This document shows, piece after piece, positions 39,043 through 47,979 of a stretch of DNA of 64,000 nt (its first letter is position 1; each line of letters begins with the position of its first letter). The stretch is taken from NCBI GenBank assembly GCA_965219385.1, contig CBDCNM010000002.1, positions 654,639 through 718,638 on the forward strand. The letters are read 5' to 3'. Source of the stretch: Candidatus Latescibacterota bacterium (GTDB lineage Bacteria > Latescibacterota > UBA2968 > UBA8231). Below the pieces are notes generated by a model. That model was not told where the DNA came from and ran no database searches. It saw only the letters and a program-made list of their open reading frames with translations. A program made the translations under genes and the position numbers.

Positions 39043-40392
39043 TTGTTCGAGAAGATACTCATTGCCGACCGCGGAGAAATAGCCCTGCGCGTCATCCGGG
39101 CCTGTAAGGAACTGGGAATCGAGACCGTGGCGGTGCACTCGGAGGCGGACTCCAACTCTTTGCACGTGCGCCATGCAGAAGAAGATGTCTGCATAGGCCC
39201 GCCGGCCGGTCAGCAAAGCTATCGCAATGTGGCCAATGTCATAAGCGCCGCCGAGTTGACCAATGCCGATGCTATTCATCCAGGGTACGGCCCCCTGGCG
39301 GAAAACGCCGACTTTGCCGAACTCTGCCATTCCTGCGGTCTCAAGTTTATTGGCCCATCGGTACAAGCCATCCGCAGAATGGGCGACAAGACCCTGGCCC
39401 GCCAGTCCATGCAGGAAGCCAGCGTGCCGGTCATCCCCGGCAGCGAGGGAGCGCTCGGATCGGTCGGGGAGGCCAGGGAATGGGCCGCCAGGGTGGGGCT
39501 GCCCCTGCGTCTGAAGGCCGCGGCGGGCGGTGGAGGGCGCGGCATGCGACTGGTGCATGCCATGGAGGATCTGGAAGAGGCCTGGCAGATGAGCCGCCTC
39601 GAGGCCCGCAACGCCTTTTCCAGTGACGCCGTCTATGCGGAGCGTTCCATAGAAAACGCCCGCCACATCGAGATCCAGGTGCTGGGCGATGAGCAGGGCC
39701 ATCTGGTGCATCTGGGAGAGCGCGAGTGCTCGATCCAGCGCCGCCACCAAAAACTCCTTGAAGAGAGTCCCTCGCCCGTGGTCGACGACGAGTTGCGCCA
39801 GCGCCTTGGCCAGGCTGCTCTGCGCGGGGCCCGCCAGGTCGGCTATTGCAGCGTCGGCACCATGGAGTTTCTGGTGGATCGGGATCTCAACTTCTACTTT
39901 CTGGAGATGAACACCCGAATCCAGGTGGAGCATCCGGTCACCGAGATGGTCACCGGGCTCGACTTGGTAAAAGAGCAGATTCGCATCGCCGCCGGCGAGA
40001 GCCTGGGGTACAACCAGCAAGATATCGTCCTGCGCGGGCATGCCCTGGAGTGCCGCATCAATGCCGAAGATCCGTCCAGGAACTTCATTCCCTCGTCCGG
40101 AACCATTACCGCCCTCCACGTACCTGGAGGCCCCGGGGTCAGGGTCGATAGCCACATCTACCAGGGTTACGCAATACCGCCTTATTACGATTCCCTCCTG
40201 GCCAAGGTCATTGCCTACGGGCAGGACCGCCGGGAAACCATCGCCAAAATGCGTCGTATTCTGGAAGAATTCACCATCGAGGGCGTGGCCACTACCCTCC
40301 CATTTCACCAGGATGTCCTGAACGAACCGGACTTCGTGGCCGGACACTTCGACACAGACTACGTCGCTCGAATCCAGTCACTGATCAACTGA
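39043..40392 (+). CDS. accC: Biotin carboxylase
   Basis: 'RGEIA', 'GGGGRGMR', 'ERECSIQRRHQK', 'EMNTRIQVEHPVTE', 'YYDSLLAK'. Confidence 0.96.
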   Translation: MFEKILIADRGEIALRVIRACKELGIETVAVHSEADSNSLHVRHAEEDVCIGPPAGQQSYRNVANVISAAELTNADAIHPGYGPLAENADFAELCHSCGLKFIGPSVQAIRRMGDKTLARQSMQEASVPVIPGSEGALGSVGEAREWAARVGLPLRLKAAAGGGGRGMRLVHAMEDLEEAWQMSRLEARNAFSSDAVYAERSIENARHIEIQVLGDEQGHLVHLGERECSIQRRHQKLLEESPSPVVDDELRQRLGQAALRGARQVGYCSVGTMEFLVDRDLNFYFLEMNTRIQVEHPVTEMVTGLDLVKEQIRIAAGESLGYNQQDIVLRGHALECRINAEDPSRNFIPSSGTITALHVPGGPGVRVDSHIYQGYAIPPYYDSLLAKVIAYGQDRRETIAKMRRILEEFTIEGVATTLPFHQDVLNEPDFVAGHFDTDYVARIQSLIN

Positions 40393-40433
40393 GCGGAGCA
40401 GGATCCTACCGCACGGGCCCCAGAGGAGGTATT

Positions 40434-40835
40434 ATGAGCAACAAAGCAGAACCCCAGATCCCGGAAAATCTGGCTTATACGGAAGAGCACGAGTGGATCT
40501 TTCAGGACAGCGATGTCTGCATGGTCGGCATTACGGATTACGCGCAGTCGGAACTGGGAGACATTGTCTTCGTGGAACTGCCGGAAGTGGGCGAGTACAT
40601 AGAACAGGGCCAGATTTTCGGCACGGTCGAGGCCGTAAAGACGGTAGCGGAACTGTACGCCCCCGCCTCGGGCGAAGTAGTGGAAATCAACCAGATGCTC
40701 GAAGAAAGCGCCGAGCAGATCAACACCGATCCCTACGGGGCTGGATGGATGATCAAGATCCGCACCGAAAGCCACGGGCAGCTGGAACGACTATTGAGTC
40801 CCCAGGAGTACGCGGAACTGATCGCCGGTCTGTGA
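40434..40835 (+). CDS. gcvH: Glycine cleavage system H protein
   Basis: 'HEW', 'GITDYAQ.ELGDIVFVELP', 'EAVK', 'DPYGAGW'. Confidence 0.97.
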   Translation: MSNKAEPQIPENLAYTEEHEWIFQDSDVCMVGITDYAQSELGDIVFVELPEVGEYIEQGQIFGTVEAVKTVAELYAPASGEVVEINQMLEESAEQINTDPYGAGWMIKIRTESHGQLERLLSPQEYAELIAGL

Positions 40836-40933
40836 GAAGCCTCTGTTTGCCGACGCACAGAATCTTGATTTATTATGGTGATTCCATATTATATTATATC
40901 TTTTTCTTTTTCTTCACCGCTGGTTGCAAATTC

Positions 40934-41458
40934 ATGCTGCGGAGATTTTCCGTCTTGCTGAACAAGAGCGTACTGGTGCTCAACCAGAACTACGAACCTT
41001 TGAGCGTGTGCAGCGTCCGGCGCGCCTTGATCTTGATCTTTCGGGACAAAGCTCACCCGGTCGAGGTGGCCGATGAAATCATCCACTCCGTGTATCGAGA
41101 ATTTCCCGTTCCCAGCGTGGTGCGTCTGCAGCGCTATATCCATGCCCCGCGCCGCCGCGTGGTACTCTCCAAACGCAACATCATGAAGCGCGACAACCAC
41201 CAGTGTCAGTACTGCGGGGCAACCGACAAAAAGCTGACCATCGATCACGTCATCCCGCGAAAAATCGGCGGGCAGGAGACCTGGGAAAACCTGGTCTGTG
41301 CCTGTGTCTCCTGCAACAATAAGAAAGGGGACTATCGCCCCGAGCAGATCGGGCTGCAATTGCTGCGCAAACCCAAAAGGCCCAACAACGTCAGCTTTAT
41401 CCGCAATTTCATCGGCATCAGCGATCAGTGCTGGAAGCCGTATTTGTTCATAGACTGA
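40934..41458 (+). CDS. HNH endonuclease (McrA-like)
   Basis: 'VLVLNQNYEPL', 'PSVVRL', 'RDNHQCQYCG', 'TIDHVIP', 'WENLVCACVSCNNKKG'. Confidence 0.9.
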   Translation: MLRRFSVLLNKSVLVLNQNYEPLSVCSVRRALILIFRDKAHPVEVADEIIHSVYREFPVPSVVRLQRYIHAPRRRVVLSKRNIMKRDNHQCQYCGATDKKLTIDHVIPRKIGGQETWENLVCACVSCNNKKGDYRPEQIGLQLLRKPKRPNNVSFIRNFIGISDQCWKPYLFID

Positions 41459-41465
41459 GGATGCG

Positions 41466-42278
41466 ATGGAAATCGATGCCCTGCAGGTCGAACCAGAGTT
41501 GCAGAAGGATCTCTACGAGGTAAAACTCGATGTATTCGAGGGGCCTCTCGACTTGTTGCTCTACCTGATTCGCAAGGACGAACTCGATATCTACGATATC
41601 TCCCTGGCCCATATCACGGCCCAGTACCTGCGCTTTCTGGAACAACTCCACCGGCTCAATCTGGAACAGGCCGGCGAGTTTATCCTGATGGCGGCGACCT
41701 TGATGAAGATCAAGTCGCAGATGATATTGCCGCGCGCTGAAGCCCTGGAAGCAGAAGACGACGGTGTAGATCCCCGCGCCGAGCTGGTGCGCCGCCTGCT
41801 CGAGTACCAGCAGTTCAAGGAGATCGCCGAGTGGCTGGGCCTCCAGAAGCAGGCGCAGCGCGATATCTACCTGCGCCAGCCGGGGTCCGCTCGCGAAAAG
41901 GACGAACCTGGCAACCTCCAGCCGGTTTCCCTGTTCGACCTGCTCACGGTCTACAAGCATGTCCTGGACACCGTGCCGCAGGACCTGGTCCACCGAATCG
42001 TCGAGGAACAGGTCACGATCGAAGAGTGCATCGATTACCTGCTGGCCGTGCTGGAGCGTCGGGTGCGGGTGCGCTTCTTCGACCTGATACAGGGTGGAAG
42101 CCGCACGGCTCTGGTCGCTACCTTCATCGCTTTGCTGGAACTCCTGAAATCGCAGAAAATCCAGGTGCAACAAGCCAGGCCCTTTGACGAGATCTGGATC
42201 GAGAAGTGCTCCGCGGACGAAACCTTCACTGGTCCTGGCGCCACGGCCGCCGTGCGAGAGGGCGAGGAGATCCCTTGA
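41466..42278 (+). CDS. scpA: Segregation and condensation protein A
   Basis: 'FEGPLDLLLYLI', 'MAATL..IKS', 'DPRAELVRRL.EY'. Confidence 0.95.
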   Translation: MEIDALQVEPELQKDLYEVKLDVFEGPLDLLLYLIRKDELDIYDISLAHITAQYLRFLEQLHRLNLEQAGEFILMAATLMKIKSQMILPRAEALEAEDDGVDPRAELVRRLLEYQQFKEIAEWLGLQKQAQRDIYLRQPGSAREKDEPGNLQPVSLFDLLTVYKHVLDTVPQDLVHRIVEEQVTIEECIDYLLAVLERRVRVRFFDLIQGGSRTALVATFIALLELLKSQKIQVQQARPFDEIWIEKCSADETFTGPGATAAVREGEEIP

Positions 42279-43000
42279 CAACAGAGCCAGATAAAATCCG
42301 GGCCATCATAGAGTCCATCCTGGTGACGGCCGACACGCCGGTCACCCCCGGCAAGCTGGTTGCCCTGTTCGACGGGCTCACGGGACGGGATATCCGCGAG
42401 GCCATAGACAGCCTCAAAGAGCACTACACAAACGCCGGCCATGCCTTCACCATAGTCGAGATAGCCGGCGGCTACCAGCTGGCCAGTCTGCAGGAATATG
42501 GTCCGTGGGTGCGCAAGTTCCACACCGATAAGAGCCAGGTGCGGCTGTCGCAGGCCGCCCTGGAGACCCTGTCTATCGTGGCTTTCAAACAGCCGATCAC
42601 CCGGGTCGAGGTGGACAGTATCCGCGGCGTCAATTCAGTCGGGGTCCTGCGCCACCTGATGGAACTTGGCCTGGTGCGTATTGCAGGGCGCTCCGATGGG
42701 ATCGGCAAGCCCATGCTGTTTGGCACGACCAGGGATTTTCTGATCCTCTTCGGACTCAAGAGTCTGGCCGATCTGCCCAAGCCCAGGGAGCTGGAGGAGC
42801 TCCTGGCCGATGGCGAAAAGAGAGCCCAGGCAGCGGAACAACTAGGCATTGAACTCAACGAGCAGGATGTCGAGGGACAAGGCGGGCACAAGGCCACGGA
42901 TGAAATTCGGGAGCATGCGGAAAACGGAGCGGGCGATGCCCCGGAAACAGGATTGGGGGAAACAATCGAGGCCTCGAAACAAAACCAGGAACCCTCGTGA
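42275..43000 (+). CDS. scpB: Segregation and condensation protein B
   Basis: 'AGGYQL', 'LSQAALETLSIVAFKQPITR...IRGV', 'FGL.SL.DLP'; TTG start overlapping the scpA stop. Confidence 0.93.
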   Translation: MTTEPDKIRAIIESILVTADTPVTPGKLVALFDGLTGRDIREAIDSLKEHYTNAGHAFTIVEIAGGYQLASLQEYGPWVRKFHTDKSQVRLSQAALETLSIVAFKQPITRVEVDSIRGVNSVGVLRHLMELGLVRIAGRSDGIGKPMLFGTTRDFLILFGLKSLADLPKPRELEELLADGEKRAQAAEQLGIELNEQDVEGQGGHKATDEIREHAENGAGDAPETGLGETIEASKQNQEPS

Positions 43001-43022
43001 CGAAAAAGAGGCTGGAACCCGG

Positions 43023-43787
43023 ATGCGGTTGAACCGGTTTCTGGCCCGGGCCGGGATCGCCTCCAGAAGAAAAAGCGAGGTCCTGATTCAAAAGGGTGCG
43101 GTACAGGTAAACGGGGATCCTGTCCGCGATCCCGGGCGCAGTATTGCCGTGGGACGGGATCGGGTCGACGTCGCCGGCCGCCAGGTGGTCCTGCCCGAAG
43201 CGTGCGAATATATTCTGTTGCACAAACCGGCCGGGTGCCTGGTCACCCGCAACGATACGCACGGTCGGTCCACTGTCTTCGACCGGATCGGAAATCTGCA
43301 TCCGGGCACGGTGTCCGTGGGACGACTGGACCAGGACACCACGGGTTTGCTGCTGTTGACGGACGACGGCGAACTCGCCTTCCGTCTCATGCATCCGCGC
43401 TTTGAGATCAAAAAGCGCTACGAGGTTCTGGTAAAGGGCGCACCGGCGCCGGCCAAAGTGGATCGCCTGCGCCGCGGCATAACCCTCGAAGACGGCAAGA
43501 CATCACCGGCTCAGGTGCGGGTGCGACAGCGCCGCCGGGTAGGGCGGGCCGTCGAGACGCGGCTCGGAATTTGTATCCACGAAGGTCGCAAGCGCCAGGT
43601 GAAACGGATGTTCGAAGCGATTGGCCACCCGGCGCAGACCCTCGAGAGGGTCGAATTCGCCGGTCTTACCCTGGAGGGCCTCAGACCGGGTCAGTGGCGC
43701 CGTTTGCGGGATCGAGAGGTGCGGCAACTGAGGTCCCAGGTCGGTCTGAGAAGCTGTCTGGAAATTCCCGGTGAGCCCAAAGTGTGA
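43023..43787 (+). CDS. rluB: rRNA pseudouridine synthase (RluB/RsuA family)
   Basis: S4 domain 'RLNRFLARAGIASRRK', 'VGRLDQDTTGLLLLTDDG', 'EGRKRQVKRM'. Confidence 0.88.
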   Translation: MRLNRFLARAGIASRRKSEVLIQKGAVQVNGDPVRDPGRSIAVGRDRVDVAGRQVVLPEACEYILLHKPAGCLVTRNDTHGRSTVFDRIGNLHPGTVSVGRLDQDTTGLLLLTDDGELAFRLMHPRFEIKKRYEVLVKGAPAPAKVDRLRRGITLEDGKTSPAQVRVRQRRRVGRAVETRLGICIHEGRKRQVKRMFEAIGHPAQTLERVEFAGLTLEGLRPGQWRRLRDREVRQLRSQVGLRSCLEIPGEPKV

Positions 43788-43819
43788 CTGCCGGCGGGGA
43801 TTTTCCGTATGGACTCTAA

Positions 43820-45268
43820 GCTCGACTTTATCCATTTATGTAGCGTACGAGACGGTGTGTATCAAGCGGTTGAGTAGGCTTCGAGGGATTTTTATCAGGT
43901 CGTGTTGGTTGGGCAGGTTGGAAAAAGCCTGCCAGAGCCGTTGTCGGACCCAGGCCACGGCATCGGAAAAGGTGGGTTTTCGTTTGCCATACCAGGCCGT
44001 GGCATGGCAGGGGGAGGCGCTTTTGGGGGCCAGCCGATTGGCGATGAGGGCGACCAGACTAAACAAGGCCAAGATGACCGGCGTGGTCCGGGCAATGGCC
44101 CGCTCATTCCATTGGCGTTGGGTTTCCATGCCCAGATGGGCGCGGGCTTCCTCAAAGGTAGTTTCTACCGACCAGCGTTGGAGAAAATAGGTCAGCATTT
44201 GCCGAGGGGACAGACGCACATCGGTCGAGAGCAAGGCTTGGGGCGCGAAGCGGCCGGCCGGGTCTCGGATCAGCAGCCAGCGGAGGGGCACGGCGGGCAA
44301 GCCAGTGTGATACCACAGCGCCGTTTGGCTGTAGGTTTCCACTGTATAGGGGCCGGCGGCATACCACCGGTCCAGGGTGAGGGGGTGCCAAGGGGTAGTC
44401 GGATCGTCCAGGTGCTGCTGGAGGGTGGGCTGCCGGGCGCCTTTGCCGCGGGGGCGTCCCCGCGTGTGCGGCGTGCGGGTTGGTGGTGGGTCATACAGGG
44501 CCGCATCCAACCGCAAGCGGGTAATCAGCCCCACGTGGGGCCGAACCGCGTCGAGAAAGGCCAAGGCGGAGAAGGTGCTATCGGCGACCACGACCAGCCG
44601 GCGGGTGGGCAGCCAGCGCGCTACCAGCTTGAGCATAGTCTGCCCCCGTTGCAACAGGGTGAGGGGGGTGCGCTGGCGCTGAGTATAGTAGCGGGCCGAC
44701 GGACACAGCACACTCATAAAGGGTAAGGCCCAACTTCGATCCGCCCAAGGGATAGGCGCTACCAGCATCAACGACAGCCAGCGCAAGCCGCTAGCCTTGA
44801 CCAGGTGGGGCCCACTCGAGCGGACGGGATCCCGGTAGATGCCTCGGGCCCCAATCTGGGCGCCCCGGCGCCGCTCGATGGTCTCATCCAGGCCCAGGAC
44901 CAGGGGCCCGTGGGGGGCAAAGGCGGCCACCAACGCCTGGAGGAGTAGCTTACTGCCGGCCAGGGGCGACCACACACAGCGGTTGAGGATCCGGTGGTAG
45001 GTTTGAAAGGTAGGCTGTTGGCTCAAGCCCAACACCTCCAACACGGCGCTGACCGTGCGTTTACCCGGGGCTAACAGCGCCCCGACCAACAGCGTCTGAG
45101 CCTGCGGCCAAACGCGGCTCGAAAAAAGGGGGGCAAAGGGCGACAAAATCGTTATTATATCTTTCGGCAGGGGGCTCATCGGTTTCTCCTGGGCTGTCGA
45201 TGCTTGGATACCATCAACAGTACGGAGGATACCGGCCTCCTGCCATGCGCGTTTGGATAAAATCGAGC
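43820..45268 (-). mobile_element. IS701/IS4-like insertion sequence (1449 bp), copy 2; transposase 43836-45179
   Basis: Same TIRs as copy 1; TAA target duplication at 43817-43819 and 45269-45271. Confidence 0.93.
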
Positions 45269-45277
45269 TAAGGCGAA

Positions 45278-45946
45278 ATGCGACCACGAGGACTGATCAT
45301 CGCCATAGACGGGGTCGTGGGGTCGGGCAAGACCACGACTGCGCAGCGGGTAGCCTCCAGATTGGGCTACAGACACATAGATACCGGTGCCATGTACCGA
45401 TGCGTGACCCTGGCGGCCACCCGCCAGGGCATACCCGCCAGCGATACAGCCGACCTCGCCGACCTCGTGGACAAGATCCGGATAGAACTGGAACCCGAGG
45501 ATCGAGGCGGTCGGGTCTTGCTCGACGACGAGGACGTGAGCGAAGCAATCCGTCGGCCCGAAGTGACTCGAAAGGTAGCGGGGTATGCCGACCTACCCCT
45601 GGTGCGCCAGGCGCTGATCCAGAAACAGCAGCAGATGGGCGCCGAGGGGGGGGTGGTGGCCGAGGGACGGGACGCAGGCACCGTGGTGTTTCCGGATGCG
45701 GACATCAAGGTATTGATGACGGCCTCTCTGGAGGAACGCACCCGCAGACGCCACCGAGAATTAATCGAAAAGGGGGTGAGTACCTCTCTCGAGGAAGTAG
45801 AAGCGGATATCCGCCAGCGCGACCGGACAGATGCAGCGCGCGACTACGGGGCCGAGCGCAATCCGGCCGAGACGCGCACCCTGGATGCCACCGATTTGAC
45901 CCTGGAAGACCAGGTGGATCGCATCGTCTCCTGGGCGCGGGGCTGA
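45278..45946 (+). CDS. cmk: Cytidylate kinase
   Basis: 'IAIDG..GSGKTT', 'DTGAMYR', 'EGRD.GTVVFPDA'. Confidence 0.96.
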   Translation: MRPRGLIIAIDGVVGSGKTTTAQRVASRLGYRHIDTGAMYRCVTLAATRQGIPASDTADLADLVDKIRIELEPEDRGGRVLLDDEDVSEAIRRPEVTRKVAGYADLPLVRQALIQKQQQMGAEGGVVAEGRDAGTVVFPDADIKVLMTASLEERTRRRHRELIEKGVSTSLEEVEADIRQRDRTDAARDYGAERNPAETRTLDATDLTLEDQVDRIVSWARG

Positions 45947-46057
45947 AAGCCAGCCCGACCGGTGACTCTGGATAGAGTCCCGGGATTTTCCAACCTGAGG
46001 AGCCTTCTTAAAACAGGCTTCTGAAACCCAGAGCAATCTGGCAAAGGAACGACTGCA

Positions 46058-47944
46058 ATGACCGAAGCAAGCACATCTCCACAGGAAGAAACCACCGCAG
46101 AGGAAGAAAAGCCGGTATACGGCAATGTCAGCGTCGAGGATCTCGATACGCCGGAATACACCGAGGATCAATTCAAGGATTTCATGGCCCTCTACGACGA
46201 GAGCATTTCCGGCATCCAGGAGGGCCAAATCGTCAATGGAAGCGTCGTCGCCCTGACCGCCAGTGAAGTGCTGGTGGACATCGGCTTCAAGTCCGAAGGC
46301 GCGGTGTCCATCAAGGAATTCAGCGATCCCGTAGCCATTGAAATAGGCCAGGAAATCGAGGTCTTTCTCGAAAGCGTCGAAGACCAGGAAGGCCAGGTCG
46401 TGCTCTCCAAGCAAAAGGCCGATTTCATGCGGGTCTGGGACAAGATCAAAGAAGCGCACGACCGTGGTTCCACGATCCAGGGCAGGTTGCAGCGGCGCAT
46501 CAAGGGCGGCATCGTCGTGGACCTTTTAGGGGTGGAAGCCTTCCTGCCCGGCTCCCAGATCGATATCCGCCAGGTCAAAAACTTCGATCAGTTCATCGGC
46601 CAGGAATTCCCCTTCAAGATCATCAAGCTGAACAAAGCCCGGCGCAACATCGTGGTCTCGCGGCGGGCCGTGCTCGAAGAAGAACGCGATCAAATGCGCA
46701 GCGAGATCATCAAAGAGCTGGAAGAAGGTCAGGTCCGCGAAGGCGTGGTCAAAAACATCACGGACTTCGGCGCCTTCATCGACCTGGGGGGCGTCGATGG
46801 CCTGCTGCATATCACCGATATGTCCTGGGGGCGGGTCAGCCATCCTTCCGAACTGGTCTCCATTGGCGATCGCATCAAGGTCAAGGTCCTCAACTACGAT
46901 CGCGAGAGGGAGCGCATCTCCCTGGGGCTCAAGCAGCTGACGCCGCATCCCTGGGAGGCCATCGACGAGAAGTACCCCATCAACACCCAGACCCGCGGCA
47001 AGGTAGTCAGCATCACGGACTACGGTGCTTTTGTCGAGCTGGAGGAGGGCATCGAGGGCCTGGTCCACATCTCCGAAATGTCCTGGACCCAGCACATCCG
47101 CCATCCCTCCAAACTGGTCAACATCGGCGATACCGTGGAAGTAGTGGTGCTCAAAGCCGACAAGGAAAACCACAAGATCTCCCTGGGGATGAAACAAATT
47201 GATCCCGATCCCTGGGAAACCCTGGATACCAAGTATCCCCCGAGGAAGAAACTGGAAGGTACCGTGCGCAGTCTGACCAATTTCGGGGCCTTTGTCGAAC
47301 TGGAGGAGGGCATCGATGGTCTGGTCCACATCTCTGATATGTCCTGGACGCGCCGCATCCGCCAGTCCAGCGAGATCTTCAAAAAAGGCGACGTGATCCC
47401 GGTGGTGGTGACCGAGATCGACAAGAAGCGCCGCCGCATCTCGCTGAGCCACAAACTCGCCTTTGCCAACCCCTGGCCCATGCTCTCCGAGAAGTACGCG
47501 GTGGGTTCCGAGACCAGGGGGGCCATCTCCCGCCTGCTGGAACGCGGTGTGGTCATTACCCTGGAGGAAGATGTAGACGGCTTCGTGCCCTTGTCCCAGC
47601 TGGCCATCGACGACCTCCAGACGCCGCGCCAGAGCTTTGAGGCAGGTCACGAACTGCCCCTCAAGGTGATCGAATTCGACGAAGATCAGAAAAAGATCGT
47701 CCTGAGCGTGCGCGACTACCTCAAGGATAAAGACCAGGCCGAATTCGAGGAGTACCTCGAAAGCCATCCCGTCAAGCCGGTCACCATCGGCGAGGTGATC
47801 GCCGACCAGGACGACGAGATGGAAAGCTGGGGGGACGCCATAGGAGGTGGCCAGCCGGCCGGCCCCGCAGAGGGAACAAAGGCCGCCGGCCAAGAAGAAG
47901 CGGAGGACGAGCCCGCCGCCGAAGAGGACGAGCAAAAGGCCTGA
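46058..47944 (+). CDS. rpsA: 30S ribosomal protein S1
   Basis: Six S1 repeats ('DIGFKSEG', 'FLPGSQ', '[20 protein letters not shown]'). Confidence 0.98.
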   Translation: MTEASTSPQEETTAEEEKPVYGNVSVEDLDTPEYTEDQFKDFMALYDESISGIQEGQIVNGSVVALTASEVLVDIGFKSEGAVSIKEFSDPVAIEIGQEIEVFLESVEDQEGQVVLSKQKADFMRVWDKIKEAHDRGSTIQGRLQRRIKGGIVVDLLGVEAFLPGSQIDIRQVKNFDQFIGQEFPFKIIKLNKARRNIVVSRRAVLEEERDQMRSEIIKELEEGQVREGVVKNITDFGAFIDLGGVDGLLHITDMSWGRVSHPSELVSIGDRIKVKVLNYDRERERISLGLKQLTPHPWEAIDEKYPINTQTRGKVVSITDYGAFVELEEGIEGLVHISEMSWTQHIRHPSKLVNIGDTVEVVVLKADKENHKISLGMKQIDPDPWETLDTKYPPRKKLEGTVRSLTNFGAFVELEEGIDGLVHISDMSWTRRIRQSSEIFKKGDVIPVVVTEIDKKRRRISLSHKLAFANPWPMLSEKYAVGSETRGAISRLLERGVVITLEEDVDGFVPLSQLAIDDLQTPRQSFEAGHELPLKVIEFDEDQKKIVLSVRDYLKDKDQAEFEEYLESHPVKPVTIGEVIADQDDEMESWGDAIGGGQPAGPAEGTKAAGQEEAEDEPAAEEDEQKA

Positions 47945-47979
47945 CCCCTGGCTCTCGGTCTACCCGGTCCGGAAAGCGT

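Noticed and set aside
40493..41458. 321-aa HNH ORF, or an IscB/Cas9-like system
   Set aside because: The N-terminal extension overlaps gcvH. The real gene is a common stand-alone HNH of about 170 aa, with no RuvC motifs or array.
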